Positions 19,289-32,481 of a stretch of DNA of 64,000 nt are shown one piece after another (the first letter of the stretch is position 1; each line of letters begins with the position of its first letter). A model generated the notes under the pieces. The model searched no databases, had not been told where the DNA came from, and worked only from the letters and a program-made list of their open reading frames with translations. Source of the stretch: Chrysomallon squamiferum (Eukaryota > Animalia > Mollusca); contig CM022671.1 of NCBI GenBank assembly GCA_012295275.1, forward strand, positions 31,310,001 to 31,374,000, written 5' to 3'. The translations under genes were made by a program, and so were the position numbers.

Positions 19289-21042
19289 TGGAAGTTATGG
19301 ATGCAACTCCTGCAGACTTTAATGACTATATAGTTGTTAACTGGGTTGACTGTGATGCTAGATTCCCTCTGCAGATGTGGAACCATCACAACACCATGGG
19401 CCCATGTACTAACAAAATCTTGAGGGATTCCACAACAGATTGAACCGAAGCCTTCCACACAACCACCTGAACATCTACCGCTTCATCAAAGTCCTAAGGA
19501 AGATCAAGAAGGCAGACAAGGTGAAATGGGCCCAGACTGACTTCGGCACGTCACAGCCAAGCCAGATCTTGTCTATAGCAAACTTGACAACAGAATTCAG
19601 AGATTGAAAGAACAGCTGCATCATGGAACCAAGACATCTTTACAGTTCTTAGATGCCATTGGACACCTACTTAAATTTGGATGAACATTGACTGACAAAC
19701 TTGTGCTGTTTGATGAAACCTACTTGAATGCTTTCTGACATTATGGAACAGTTATCTGACCTCTTCTTATCATAGGGAAAACTTGAATGTTTATACTACG
19801 TGCTTTACCTACTTAAGTATATCCGTGCTGTGTCTACTTGACTATATATCTGTGCTGTGTCTACTTGACTATATATCTGTGCTGTGTCTACTTGACTACA
19901 TATCTGTGCTGTGTCTACTTGACTACATATCTGTGCTGTGTCTACTTGACTATATATCTGTGCTGCAGACTCCACATTTAACTACTTATGCACATCTGTG
20001 CCATGTGAACTTGACTATGCTTGTTTGAACTTAATTAAATATGCTTATGCATATCTGCTTATTAATCAGGATACGGACAGAGCTTGTGTATATGTGCTGC
20101 GAGAACTCTATAGCCTATGTGCTGTAATAAATCATGATTAATAAATCATATATGTGAAAACCGTCCTTTCATCTTATTGATAATAGAAGATGAGTCCATT
20201 ATTATGTGCTAGATAGAAGGCATGGAATTTGCAGTGCAATCAACCATGACATATGTTGTTTTTAGGTGTGTAACAAATGGCATGTCTAATGAATGGGAGG
20301 ATACCAAATAAACTGTTTACAATGCTGAGTTTTTCCTTTCGGTCAGAAATACTTTTATCTTATAAATGCGATGTTAACAATGGAAAGAAAAAGAAGGAAT
20401 AGGTCTCCTAAAATTCCCAAAATTAACCTATTTTAGACTTAGAAAATTGATTGATTATATAACCATTTTTACGTCATCAGTCATTTTGTCTTCTTTTATT
20501 TCTATATATGAACCATTTTGTTTGATAACAGTTTTGTGGAAATAATATTCTGTTTTGTACTTTTGCCATTTTGGTCTAAAAAAAAAAGGTGCAATATATA
20601 ATTTTAACCATTGCATTTTAGTTTTAAACAAATTTTCTTCTTTTTCTTCTTCATCTTCTTACTGTTAATGTGAGGGTGGTTTTTTTTTTTTTATGATTTT
20701 GGATATTTTAGGATGTTTAAAAGTACGAACACTTTCGAATCCTGGGAACAGTTGCATGCGGTGGACCCTGGCTGCGGATGACATCTGTTTCACAAAATTC
20801 AGGCATGCACTGTTTTTCAGTCTCGGGCAAACAGTTCCGGTCACAAGAGGAGACGGAGTTTACCAGAAAAGCATGGATTTCATGTTAGAAAAGTTAAACA
20901 AAGGACAGTGGGTTCATATGTTTCCTGAAGGTATTTTATTTTATTTTTATGTTATTTTTATTTATTCACATATTATTTTATTTTAATTTTTAATTTTATG
21001 TTATTTATTTATTTATTTGTTTGTTTGTTTGTTTGTTTGTTT

Positions 21043-21084
<42 letters not shown>

Positions 21085-21349
21085 AGTTAGTTCACTGAAT
21101 GTCAATATTAATTTTATTATTATTATTTTGTTTTTAATGTTAGTAGATCAGTGGTGTGTTATTAGTAGTTACATTGATTTTGTTATTTATTCATCTGTAT
21201 GTTATATGATTCGTATATGTGATTCATATATACACAAAATACCATTATATTTACTACCAGTGTTTTTATTTTTATTCTTTTGTTTTGTTTTGTTTTTAAT
21301 GCTTTTATTTATTTTTTTATTCATTTTTGTAATTATTATTATGATTATG

Positions 21350-21401
<52 letters not shown>

Positions 21402-23931
21402 GAAATAAAAATAAAAAAAAAATAAATAAATAAAACCAACAACAAAGGAACAACTTTATAACTGATAATGTCCCAAAGACTCACATTTTTCTTTATGGTA
21501 TTTTATATTTATATTTTTGAAGAAATATTAAGGCTATCAATCTTATTGTTGTCACATAATGAAATGCTCAGAATATGTGAGTTTTGTGTGACATCAGCAT
21601 GGTTCCTGGCCAACAGGAAACCAAAATGGCTGAATTAATTACTGCTTGGTGCCTGGGATCCATTTGAATGAATGTTATTGCTTTATTGATTTTTGTCATT
21701 ATTTTATTTTTTGCAGGAAAAGTAAACTTGTCACAAGAATTCATGAGACTGAAATGGGGCAAGTATGAAGTATTAATATTAGACAATAAAGTGATACCAA
21801 AGTAATCATAGTTTTCATTATTCTTGTTTTATTTTTATTTTTTTTTTTTTTTATAATTGTTATCATTATTTGTATTATTAAATATATTAATAATTAATTT
21901 TGTTTTTTATTATTTTTAATTATTTAGTTTATTTATTATTACTATTATTATAAAAAAAACCTGCTGTTACGTTTATACCATACTTTATAACTCATTATTT
22001 TTATTCTCATTTTTAAATGTTTACATTTGCATCTTTTCATCTTTTAGTTTATTAATTTTTCAAGCGCACTTTTGAACTTACTTAATTATTTCATTAAAGT
22101 CTGTATTTACAGTTTATAGTATGGAAAATATTGGAATAAATAAATAAATAAAATAATAGTTAAAAAAAAATCACATAGCTTTTAACATTTTCAGGAGTGC
22201 ATTATATAAAAATATCCAAATTTTAATCAAGCTTTTACAAAACTAACAAACTAATAAATAAACAAATAAATAAATAAATAAATAAATATGCTTCAGATGC
22301 ATTTTAATTCATCTCCTGTGTACAATAATTTCACCTGAAACATTCATTTTAATGAAATCTTTATTTTTATTTTTAGGTGTTGGGCGGCTCATTAGTGAAT
22401 GTAAAATCACACCAACGGTTATTCCTATGCATCATTTAGGTTTGTATTAAAAATCTACAAGTATGTTCAGTGACATGAATTATGTATAGGACATTTATTC
22501 TTAATGTTTGGTTGTTTATTTTTATCTGAAGCAAAATTTGTTTTATTAAGAAACTGAAGGCAAAGAGTAGTTGAAAGGAAACGTGGTTTTGTTAGCGATT
22601 AAAGGCAAAGTTAAGTTGTGTTTTAGTTAATGGTTGAATGTTGTTTTGCTAGAGGTTAAACGCAAAGCTTGTTTTATTAATGGCTGATGTCAAATTTTAA
22701 TGATAATTGTTTAGGAAAATGCATATTTCTAGATGTTAATGCCTCCAGATTTTGAGGAATTTTCATGTTATGTGTAAATTGTTTTCATTTTTCAGGTATG
22801 GATGACATACTTCCAAACAAGAATCCTTACATTCCACAGATGAGAAAGGTGATTAATGGGTTTTAATGGGTTTATTTATTCTGCGTGATACACAGGAAAA
22901 ACAAGTGCAAATGTTTGGGCCTTTTTATTTACTTTACATTTTTTTTTACAAAAAAAAAATGATACAATTTCTTCAATTACACTTACTTCTGACAAGATTA
23001 AGCAATTTTGTAACATTTTTGTTTATTTGTATGTACATGTGGATGTGCAACTGCATGTATCTACAAATAAATACATATATAATTAGTCAGCTGATGTATA
23101 TCTTTTTTAATTTGATTTATTATTACCGTTTTTATTTATTTATTTATTTATTATCTGTTTTGCTACAGAAAGTGACCTTGTTGATAGGAAAGCCAATGGA
23201 TTTCAGCAAAGAAGTGGAAAAACTGAAACAATTAAAGAAAACACCTGTAAGTGACTAGATACAATACTGAATCAAATATTCATTCTGCTGTAGTTTTAGA
23301 AATTTAAATGTCCATCACTTAGTACTTGCTTATTTTTATTTTAGAAATTTTCTATGTTTTTAATAAGAGAGTTAATTACATAAATAAAAGTAACTGAATT
23401 ATACTGAGCAACTAGTAATTTCTAAAATGTTTTGTTTTGATTTCTCAAAAAATGATTAATTAGATATTGTTCCCAAATTTTTATCTTGGATCTTATCCAG
23501 AATGGAAACTCAATAATTTTGTTGCAAATCATAAAACCAGAAATTATTCTAAATTGTCATTTTACAATTTTAACTTAAATTTTAATTTTGTATTTATTAA
23601 TTATTATTACTAATATGTATTTATTTATTTACATATTTTATGAGATTTTAATTATATATTGTTTTATGGATATTATTTTTAACTTTAAATAAAATGTAAT
23701 GTCAGCATATATTAACAAACTGGTTTAGTTTAATAGATGCTTATTTTTTTTTAGTTACCATTTAATAATTATTAGTGTTTTCTTTTCTTGTGCAGTCATT
23801 TAATTAAAAATTATTATTATTATTATTATTTTTAGTGTGAAGTTCGAAAGAGAATAACAGATCTGATTCAAGAAGAGTTTGTGCGACTCAAGGAAAAAAC
23901 AGAAGCACTCCACAATGAAAATTCTAGATAA
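16844..23931 (+). CDS. TAFAZZIN: Tafazzin (cardiolipin transacylase), 8 coding exons, 262 aa
   Basis: Exons 16844-16952, 17692-17820, 20712-20930, 21717-21758 (GC donor), 22377-22439, 22796-22848, 23169-23246, 23836-23931 (789 nt). Motifs: [86 protein letters not shown]. Confidence 0.95.
18420..19684 (+). pseudogene. FLYWCH-MULE transposase pseudogene
   Basis: N-terminal FLYWCH-type finger ([17 protein letters not shown]...[10 protein letters not shown]). MULE core: YMNGIF...QVYILHA...[55 protein letters not shown]. It contains in-frame stops and frameshifts. Confidence 0.85.
19816..19965. repeat. 27-bp minisatellite, ~5.5 copies
   Basis: Unit tatatatctgtgctgtgtctacttgac repeated head-to-tail inside the MULE 3' region. 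Confidence 0.92.
21340..21400. repeat. (ATT)n microsatellite
   Basis: Trinucleotide run. Similar runs at ~13505-13563, 17365-17428, 37320-37428, 52650-52719 and 54225-54290. Confidence 0.85.
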
Positions 23932-26900
23932 CACAATACTAGTCACATTAATGAAAAAAAAAAAAAAAGAAAAGAAATGATAAAACAAAGGGTGCCATAG
24001 TCTGATAGACAAAAGCTCAGATTTAACTGGGTTTTTCTTCTCTTTTTTTTGTCAAATATTTGTGTCTCAGAGATGATTTATATTTCGAGATTTATTCAGG
24101 AAAATCTTTTCATCTTACATCACTGCTTCATTTTCTTAGATATTGTACATGTAGTATTTTTTTTTTTTTATCTATATAATTTTTTTTTTTTTTAATCAAT
24201 CATGTATTCTGTAAGGATATCATTTTAAAATTATTTTAATAATACATGTATGGTTTTAGATGTATTTATTTTTTATTCTGACAGGTTTTAAAATATTACT
24301 TTTTAATATTGTAATTATGATTGTAGAATCATGACATCATAGTATTAATGTCTGATGCAGGAGTGAAAACTGTGGAAAATTATTTACTAGCCTGGAAAAC
24401 CAGCTAATATTAAAATAAAATAATATTTGTCTACTTGCCTGTATTAGTATTAAAGTATTATGTAACAATAATCATTTTAAAAATTTTAATAACCATCTAG
24501 TAACAATAAAAAAAAAAAAATAATAACAGACATCTACATTTTTATTTTTTAAAAACATAAAAAAACATATAATTCATTTTTATTTTTAAATATTTGTAAT
24601 AAATAACAAAAGCTTTTGAAATATATATTTTTTTATATTATTTATGAGTAAATGGTAGTTTGGCTAGCCTATTTCCCAAACTGTTGAGCTTGATCAGTGG
24701 CAGACTACTGCATTTAAGTCATCTATGGTTTTGTTTTTCAGTCTACTGAGAAACAGTTTGAAACTGATGAATCTGATTGTGTTATGCAGGTTTGATGTAA
24801 ATGTGTGGGTTTTTGGGGGGGGATTTTTTCTTTTTTTTTTTTTTGTTTGTATTTAATATATATCTATATTTATTTATTTATTCTAGTAATTTTTCAAAAG
24901 ATAAATAAATTTTCAGGAAATAAAAATGTACATTACTAATCATCTTTAATAAATGTTTGCCAGAATTTTCATTGATAGTTATTACATAGATGGGATTGTC
25001 TTTCTCCACTCTTCCAAAGCAAAACCTCATTACTTTCTTTTTAAAAATGATCCCATTGTGATGTAACTGCACTATTTTAAAAATTAAATAATTTTTACAT
25101 TTAATAAGCTGCACAAAAAAAATATGTGTATATCTGCAGGGATGTGGTTTGGTGTGTTGTTAACTTTAATTTACAAAAGTTAGAATATTGATGTATTTTT
25201 AAGAATGGTTTATGTTGGTGCAAAAATTTGTTTTAATTAAAATGTAGCTGCATGATTTTATTATTTATTGGACTTTTTACATTTTCATATTGTATCGTAC
25301 AGGTCACATGTGTGGTTAGTTTAGTTATGTTATAAATAATTTTTATGAGATGTGTATATATGATGATACTCTACACGTAGCCATTTATTTATTACTGTTA
25401 TGAACTTCACAATTTTAAGAATGTTATTTATTATTATTAGTTTTTGTTTTTATTTTAAATTTATTATTATTGATTTTTTTTTTTTATTATTTATTTTTTT
25501 ATTTTTTACTTTTTTCCTTGTATTTAACTTTATTTCCTTTTTCTATTTTTTTCAAAATAATTATTTTTGTTAATTTTTTTTTTTTTTTTTTTTTAGAATT
25601 AATTTTTTTTGTTTACTTTGATATTATTAGTAATATTTTATTGTGAAATATGTCAATGTCTCAACATCATTTCACATTTTTAGGAATTATTTTATTAAAA
25701 CTTGTGCCATTAACAAAAGTGGCAGCTATTTGTGATAACCATTAAACTGAGAATCAAAATATGGTTTTGTTATTTTTATAAATGACAAGTTTTAACATTT
25801 GTGGTTTTATATATGACCATCCTCAAAAAAAGTAAAATTTCTACATTGAGAACTTGCATTCTTTAAACAAAAGTAAAATCATTGATTTTTTTTTTTTTTT
25901 GGTTTTTTTTTGACAAGTTGAGCTGAGATGTTGGATAGCACATTCCAAAAATTCATTTACAAAAATAAAACAAAACACCATTCATCCTATTTTATTGGTA
26001 TTTGACAAAATATTTTATGTATATTTTCTAGAGCATTTTATATTTGCACACCCTAGACACATCCAAAATGAAATATTCCCTGATAAAACAGGCATCATTA
26101 AATTCTAGTTTCTAAAATATCTGAACAAATGATTCTTAATATTAGAAATTAAAGTTTAAAAAAAGACAACAACCAGAAATTATATGCTATGTTTTATTGT
26201 TGCAGCATATAAATACACACATCTATGAAATAAATAATACACACGGTTTTTAATATTTATTCACATGACAACCAAGCAATAAAAAGTTATTAAATAATAA
26301 TAAAATAATGAAAGAACTGAAAAGCTACACAAGATTAAAAAACTAAATATACAGATTTTGAAAGTCACATGGTTTACTAATACATCTACTAAGAATATTA
26401 TCTATATGAAAATTAAGACAAATAATTTCAGTACACATAAAAATGATTCAAGCATTTTCACTTTATTTCGTTACACATCAAAATAAAATAATTTCATTCT
26501 TAGCTCTAATCTGCAACATATTTGTAACAGAAATGATAATCACTGGGGACAAATTCATAATTTGAAGGATTATATGAGGATTATTAAAAAACAAGGACAT
26601 TTTGATCTCTAATACTGTCCCAATAATAATAGTTTTAAAAGTAATCTTTTAGTTATGTCTTATGTCACATTAAAAAGTAATTCTCAACATTTGTACACAT
26701 CTGAAATTCTGAATCATCGGCAAGCATATTAAAAAAAAAAAATTATTTTGCTTTTGGAGTTACAAGCATCACTACTGATTGATATATAATCTGTTTGAAT
26801 CATATAACTTTAATGAAAATTGAATAAAAGCTGAATTGCACAAAATTGTAATCCTAATCCTTATTAATATTAATATTTTTAACAATTTCTCCACTCAAGA

Positions 26901-29900
26901 ATATTTGTTAATTATGTGGAAAGCTGACAAGTATTTTTTTTATTAACATTTTATTTTAGGGAGAGTTATTTTTCAAATATATTTCAATAGGCCCTTGTTG
27001 GAAAAATGTCTTCACAACACTACACAATTATAATTGTGATACACAGTTAATTCTTTGCTAAAGCAAAACCAAATATTATTTTTCTGTATTATTACAGATT
27101 TGACCCAGTGTACAAGATATTAAAACAGCATCTCCAAAAACTGCACCATAGGTTTAACAAACACTTTTTACAACCAAATCAGTTAATGACAAAAAAGTTA
27201 AAAACTATTTCAAACATAAATACTTGACTTCTGCACACATGATAATATTTATAAATTAAGACACCAAATATCCAATACATTTATAACAAGTATGTTTAAC
27301 ATTATTAAAAAAAAAAAAAAAAAAAAAAAATACCAGAAATCTTACATTTTGTAGTAGTATTACTAACAATAATCTATTCATTATTATGTTTGCTTTAACC
27401 AATATATAGTTGTTGAACTTTTTTAATTATTATTATTATATCTATTTCCCCTAATAAAACTGAAACTAACATGCTGTTAAGTTTTTGATAATTATGAACT
27501 TCCTGTGATTAAAATAATCTAAGGTTTTCATAGAATATTGAAATAAAATCCTGTCACAAAGCAACAGTTTAGATTATCAGTTAATAAATTAAAAATTAAA
27601 AATAAGCTATTATAGAAAACAACACCTCTTCCTCAGACAGAGTACAGAACTGTTTATAAAAATGTTACATTTTTAACAATCTAAGTAAATTTGGAAATAT
27701 ATCACCATGAATGATACTTACCTAAAATTTTTGAAATATATCACCATCATATTTACTAAATTTGTTATAATAATAATGCTAACTAAATTTTTATTATAAC
27801 AATCTCGACTCCATGAAGTAGCAGATGAATCGGAGTCAAATAAAGCAAAATGAGTAAAAAAAAACACACAAAAAAAACCCCACACACTCACACACACACA
27901 AGGGCACACTGTATAATGATAAAAGTATTTTCTAAACTTGTTCGTTTTACTGCAGTGTATTTTCAGTAGTTCTCACAATGACGGATTCTCTAGATAAAAA
28001 TATAGTAACAGAGTCCAGAGCTCCAAACAAGGATACTACCACTAATTACCATGACAACCAAGCATTATATCCAAGGCTGATGATTTATAGCAGACATCAT
28101 CATAATGAGGAGAGTAACTAGGCAACAAGGATAAATAAAAAAGGCATTCCTTTAAAATAAATAAATAAATAAAAATTGGGACTCTTTGTAAAGTAACTTT
28201 TTCTTGATTTATTTTATTTTATTTTACTAATTTTTGTTACTGTTACTTATTTTTTTTTTTTTTAAATTTGTTATGCTTTCCACTCTTTCCAATCATAATA
28301 TCCATGATAAATCCTTTTTTAAAGCACTTTTTCTTTTTAGCAATATATATATACATTTTTTTGAGCACCCCAAACTAATTAAATACATTTCCTCCGTAAC
28401 ATACTGTAATATCAGTTTTCTGATTTAAACAGCAATTTTCTAATAAATATTAAATAACAGCCAACCTTTTACAGATGTCTAACATTTTCAATAAATTAAA
28501 TATTTCTTCAACAAGTAACTATATTTCCGTAATAGAACAATTAAATGTATGACATTATATTCACATAATAAATATAATAACAAATATTTTTTTTAAATAT
28601 TTTTTTCCAAATATTGCAAAGATGAGTTAAAGATAAAGTTTACATTTTAAGTTTGATTTTTAAAAATCAGACATTTTTGCCATCTGCTTTTGCTCTCCTC
28701 TCTAATATGGAAGAAAGTAAGAAAAAAAAAGTAAATGATAATTATAAACATTGCTTTTAAACTGTGATACATCTATTTAAAGAACATAATGATTTTACAA
28801 AATAGCAGAGAGAAATAGATATATAAATACAGACACTTTTTTTTTTTTACAAAACTCTTTTAATGTAAAAACATAATTATAGTGTAAATTTTTAATAATT
28901 AACTTTTGAAATATACTACTACAGCATGTATGTATTAATAACTTTTATATGAACATTAGTTTACACAACTATATATATACAGTAAGTATATGATGTATCA
29001 TACAGTATTGTTTGTAATCAGCCAGAAAAAAAAAAAAAAAAAAAAAAAGGCTGACATTATCTCTACTAAATGATTAATAATTATAATAATTTTAATTTTA
29101 CACAGCACTCAAATATGTATAATTCATATATACACAGAAAAAAAAAATATATTAATAAATAATCAGTGCATATATAGAAAAAAAAAAAAAAAAAATTAAT
29201 GAAAAAAAATTTAATAATATACATATATATATATATATATATATCTGAATTGAAAATATAAAAAGTCAAAAATATTATTGTCAGTAAAGCAAAAAAATTT
29301 CAAACTGATTTAGCAATTACCATTTCTGAAATTAAGAAATAATGATTTGCCTAGTCCATGCAAGGATACATATAATACAATGTACTGCCAATGAAGTTGC
29401 CATCTTTAAACAGTAAAAAAACAAAAAAAACTTGAAAAGACAAATGTTTTCACTACAGTATAAAATTGCTTGTGTAACGGTTCCTGGTGTACAATTTAGT
29501 TGAAATGATATGTCTCTGTGAAAAAACAAGTCTAAAAGATACCTAGCTGTTGATAAAAAAAGAGTAACCACTATATAAAAGCAGCTGATATTTTCTAGTT
29601 ATCATTTTTACCACCTTCATCATCTCATTGATTTCTTGTTGATAATTCACCAAACATGATTTTTTTTTTAAAATTTGCCAGAATTAAATAATTAAAAATA
29701 TTCTTCTGTATACAAGTATAAAATATTTTCCAAATGAAATTATAAATTTCACAATGAATATTAATTATAAAATACAATTTTTTTTTATCAAAGTGAACAC
29801 TTTACGTTTCAATTTTAACTAATATTATAAACAAAATTAAATTTAGGAACTAAAACTAAACGTATAGGTAAATAAAAAAAAAAATTAAAGGAAAATGTTT

Positions 29901-30375
29901 AATCAATTCTTTCTTTCTGATAGTAATCATTACCTTAGATATTTAAATATATTTATTTCTAAATTATTATTAATTAAAGTACTGATTGTAATAAAATTAG
30001 ATTTGTAAATATAAACTTTTAAAAACATCTTTTACAGTATGATTATTACAGAAGTATTTTGGATTTTTTTGTTTCTTTGCTGCTGGAGAGATAATTCAGA
30101 AATAATAAATATTTATATTTAAGATTTTTATTCAAAACATATCTGTTTATATTTAGTGTCCAAGTCCACAAGCATTTTATACAGCCTGTAATTTATTATA
30201 ATTATTATTATTATTTTTTTTTTTTATAAATTAGCCCATATTTTTTAATCCCATTTTTGTTAAAAATAGATTTCAAACACATTCCCCTGATGGAAACAAG
30301 CCTATCTAACAGCATCAAGTATGTACTAACATTCTTATACTCTTTGTTTAAAAAGAAAAAAAGAAAAACAAAATC

Positions 30376-31617
30376 TTATTTGTTTTTCTTTCTTATCACA
30401 ACCTTACAGTCTGATTTGTGTTTCACTTCATACCGGCTGCCTGCAGCGGTATCGCGGTATCGTTCGAACGGCAACGGCTCAGCTGCCTCACTGTCTGTGA
30501 CATTAGGCAGTGACGAGATTTCAGCGGTGCTAGGCTTTTTTGTCAGCGCTTTCGAAAGCTGTGGGTATTTATTCGATTTGTTCATTATAGGGTATCGAGA
30601 TGATGCCGTCTGAACTGCTCTGTCAAGAATCCTTGTGAAATTCGCACGAGCCATTTGAAGTTTTTGTTTTGAAGCACACACGGGACGTTCAACATTTTGT
30701 TGTGCCAGAGGTCTTTTGGGTTCCATCTTAAGAACCTTCTTTGGTGGAGGTGGCTCCCCAAACCCTGCAGACACTTTCACAAAGGGCACAATATTGGTAA
30801 AGTTATCGTTTGTCTGTAAAACTTTCATTGGTCGGGTTACATTCACATTTGGTTCGTCCATTTGAAAGTAAGTGTTCCTCTGAAACACGGAAGGTACATT
30901 ATCTTCTGCTCTCACATGAAAAGACACTTGTTTGACAGGATCCACCGGAAGACTGGCATCTTTGTCTGTCACTCCAGAAACAGCTTTAACAGGAGAACCA
31001 AATGTGTAACCGTCTTTATCACAATACCACTGACTAGCAGATGCTCTCGGGCTGAATCCAGTTTTCTGATGAATCACATTTTGCTTCTCCAGATAACTTG
31101 TCTGTCCTTTCATTAATGGACTCAGCTGACCATGCCTATCTGGACTGTACTGGAATTTTCTTGGACTGAGTTGCCTCATCTTCAAAGGACTGAAAACATT
31201 TGAACTTTTCGAAGGACTTTGACTTTTTAGGGGACTTTTCACTATTCCGTCGATGAATCCTATTTCATCAATATTATCAAAACCGAAAAGATTTTCTTGA
31301 AAATTATCGATGAAATTTTTGTCCCAGTCGTCAAGGACAGATGGTAGGATAGAGGTCAAATCAGGATCTTCTGTTAGACCTCTGAAGCAAAAAGTCTGCA
31401 CACCTTTAGCCGGACTCTGTTGACTGGAAGTGTGTGGTGTGGATGTATTCTGGAAAGTTTGTGCTGCTCTTGTAGAAACTGGTGGAGAAAAATATCCACT
31501 GTCAAAAGAGGATTCACTTTCCACAGCTTGATGTCTGGGTGTTTTGGATGCTTTAAATTCTTCTGGTCGACCTTCATTTTCATCTGGAATTCCAAAATCA
31601 TATGGAAAATGTATCAT
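30376..31617 (-). CDS. Uncharacterised 413-aa S/P-rich protein, single coding exon
   Basis: 1242-nt ORF with clearly higher GC than its flanks. A splice acceptor (ttcttttcag|) opens the exon at 31634 and an in-frame TGA sits two codons before the ATG. A candidate non-coding exon 1 has its donor (caag|gtattg) at 34550. No family recognised. Confidence 0.8.
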   Translation of the reverse strand: MIHFPYDFGIPDENEGRPEEFKASKTPRHQAVESESSFDSGYFSPPVSTRAAQTFQNTSTPHTSSQQSPAKGVQTFCFRGLTEDPDLTSILPSVLDDWDKNFIDNFQENLFGFDNIDEIGFIDGIVKSPLKSQSPSKSSNVFSPLKMRQLSPRKFQYSPDRHGQLSPLMKGQTSYLEKQNVIHQKTGFSPRASASQWYCDKDGYTFGSPVKAVSGVTDKDASLPVDPVKQVSFHVRAEDNVPSVFQRNTYFQMDEPNVNVTRPMKVLQTNDNFTNIVPFVKVSAGFGEPPPPKKVLKMEPKRPLAQQNVERPVCASKQKLQMARANFTRILDRAVQTASSRYPIMNKSNKYPQLSKALTKKPSTAEISSLPNVTDSEAAEPLPFERYRDTAAGSRYEVKHKSDCKVVIRKKNK

Positions 31618-32438
31618 GTCTCAAGGCACGTATCCTGAAAAGAAATATAATAAAATAAAGATAAAAATAATAAAATCAACATTAATTAAAAATAACTAAA
31701 TCTACACATATGTAAGATATAAAATGATTATTGTTTGTAATAAGATAATAATATTTGCCACTAATAAAAGTTAAATTAAAAAATAACCAAACAAACGGAG
31801 AAATAAAGGGATTGTCATTTACCTAGATTAAAAGATTAAAAACAAAACAAAATAAATAATCATGGATGAAACCAAGAATTACTCAGTCTTATGAGATTTC
31901 CTGATACATCAAAACAGCTGATAAAATAAAACTCAGTCTGAATGTATAATTTATTTTGGTAAAAATTTAATAGACTGTCGTATAAGGTGTGCTTAAAAAA
32001 ATAATAATAAAAAATAATAATAATAATAAAAATAAAATTTAGGAAAAACATAAAAACAAGCTGATTTAAAAATGTAACAATATTTTTACAAAACATAAAT
32101 GGAATATCTAAGTAAAACTAACATTAAAACTTTTTTTTTTTCCCATAAACACAATGCATTATTAAATATCCACTAGAAATATTATTATCTCTCATGTTTA
32201 TAGCATTTCAGTTTCAGCTTTTAAAATGTATTCTTAACAATGTTTACTTTCCTGCTGTTTCCATGGATCTACAGCTGATAATGTATTACAAGGTGCACAC
32301 TTTATCCTAATAAAATTTAAAGTCCAATTTTTTGTGCCACGGGCAAAATTGACATATATTTTATGTTCAACTAGATGCTCTTTAAAATGACCATATCATT
32401 AAAACACATTAGAATATAAACTTAATATCATTTTTATA

Positions 32439-32481
<43 letters not shown>

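Larger units (their letters stand above)
17873..20299 (+). mobile_element. Decayed Mutator-like (MULE) DNA transposon in tafazzin intron 2
   Basis: ~35-bp TIRs: ctcccattctttacacatgccatttgttacacct (17873-17906) and aggtgtgtaacaaatggcatgtctaatgaatgggag (20264-20299). They enclose a broken transposase. Confidence 0.85.

Noticed and set aside
19783-20028. YISVLCLLD repeat ORF or CRISPR-like array
   Set aside because: Head-to-tail 27-bp minisatellite with no unique spacers and no cas genes, in a eukaryotic context.
21017-21453. Poly-I/F ORFs here and similar low-complexity ORFs at 37229, 49101, 52517, 60023, 61526, 62601 and 63070
   Set aside because: Translations of (ATT)n or poly-T microsatellites.
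30376-31617. Naming the orphan as sororin, shugoshin, Emi1 or Bora
   Set aside because: It lacks the sororin C-terminal motif, the SGO coiled-coil/basic motif, the F-box/ZBR domains and the Bora N-terminal domain.
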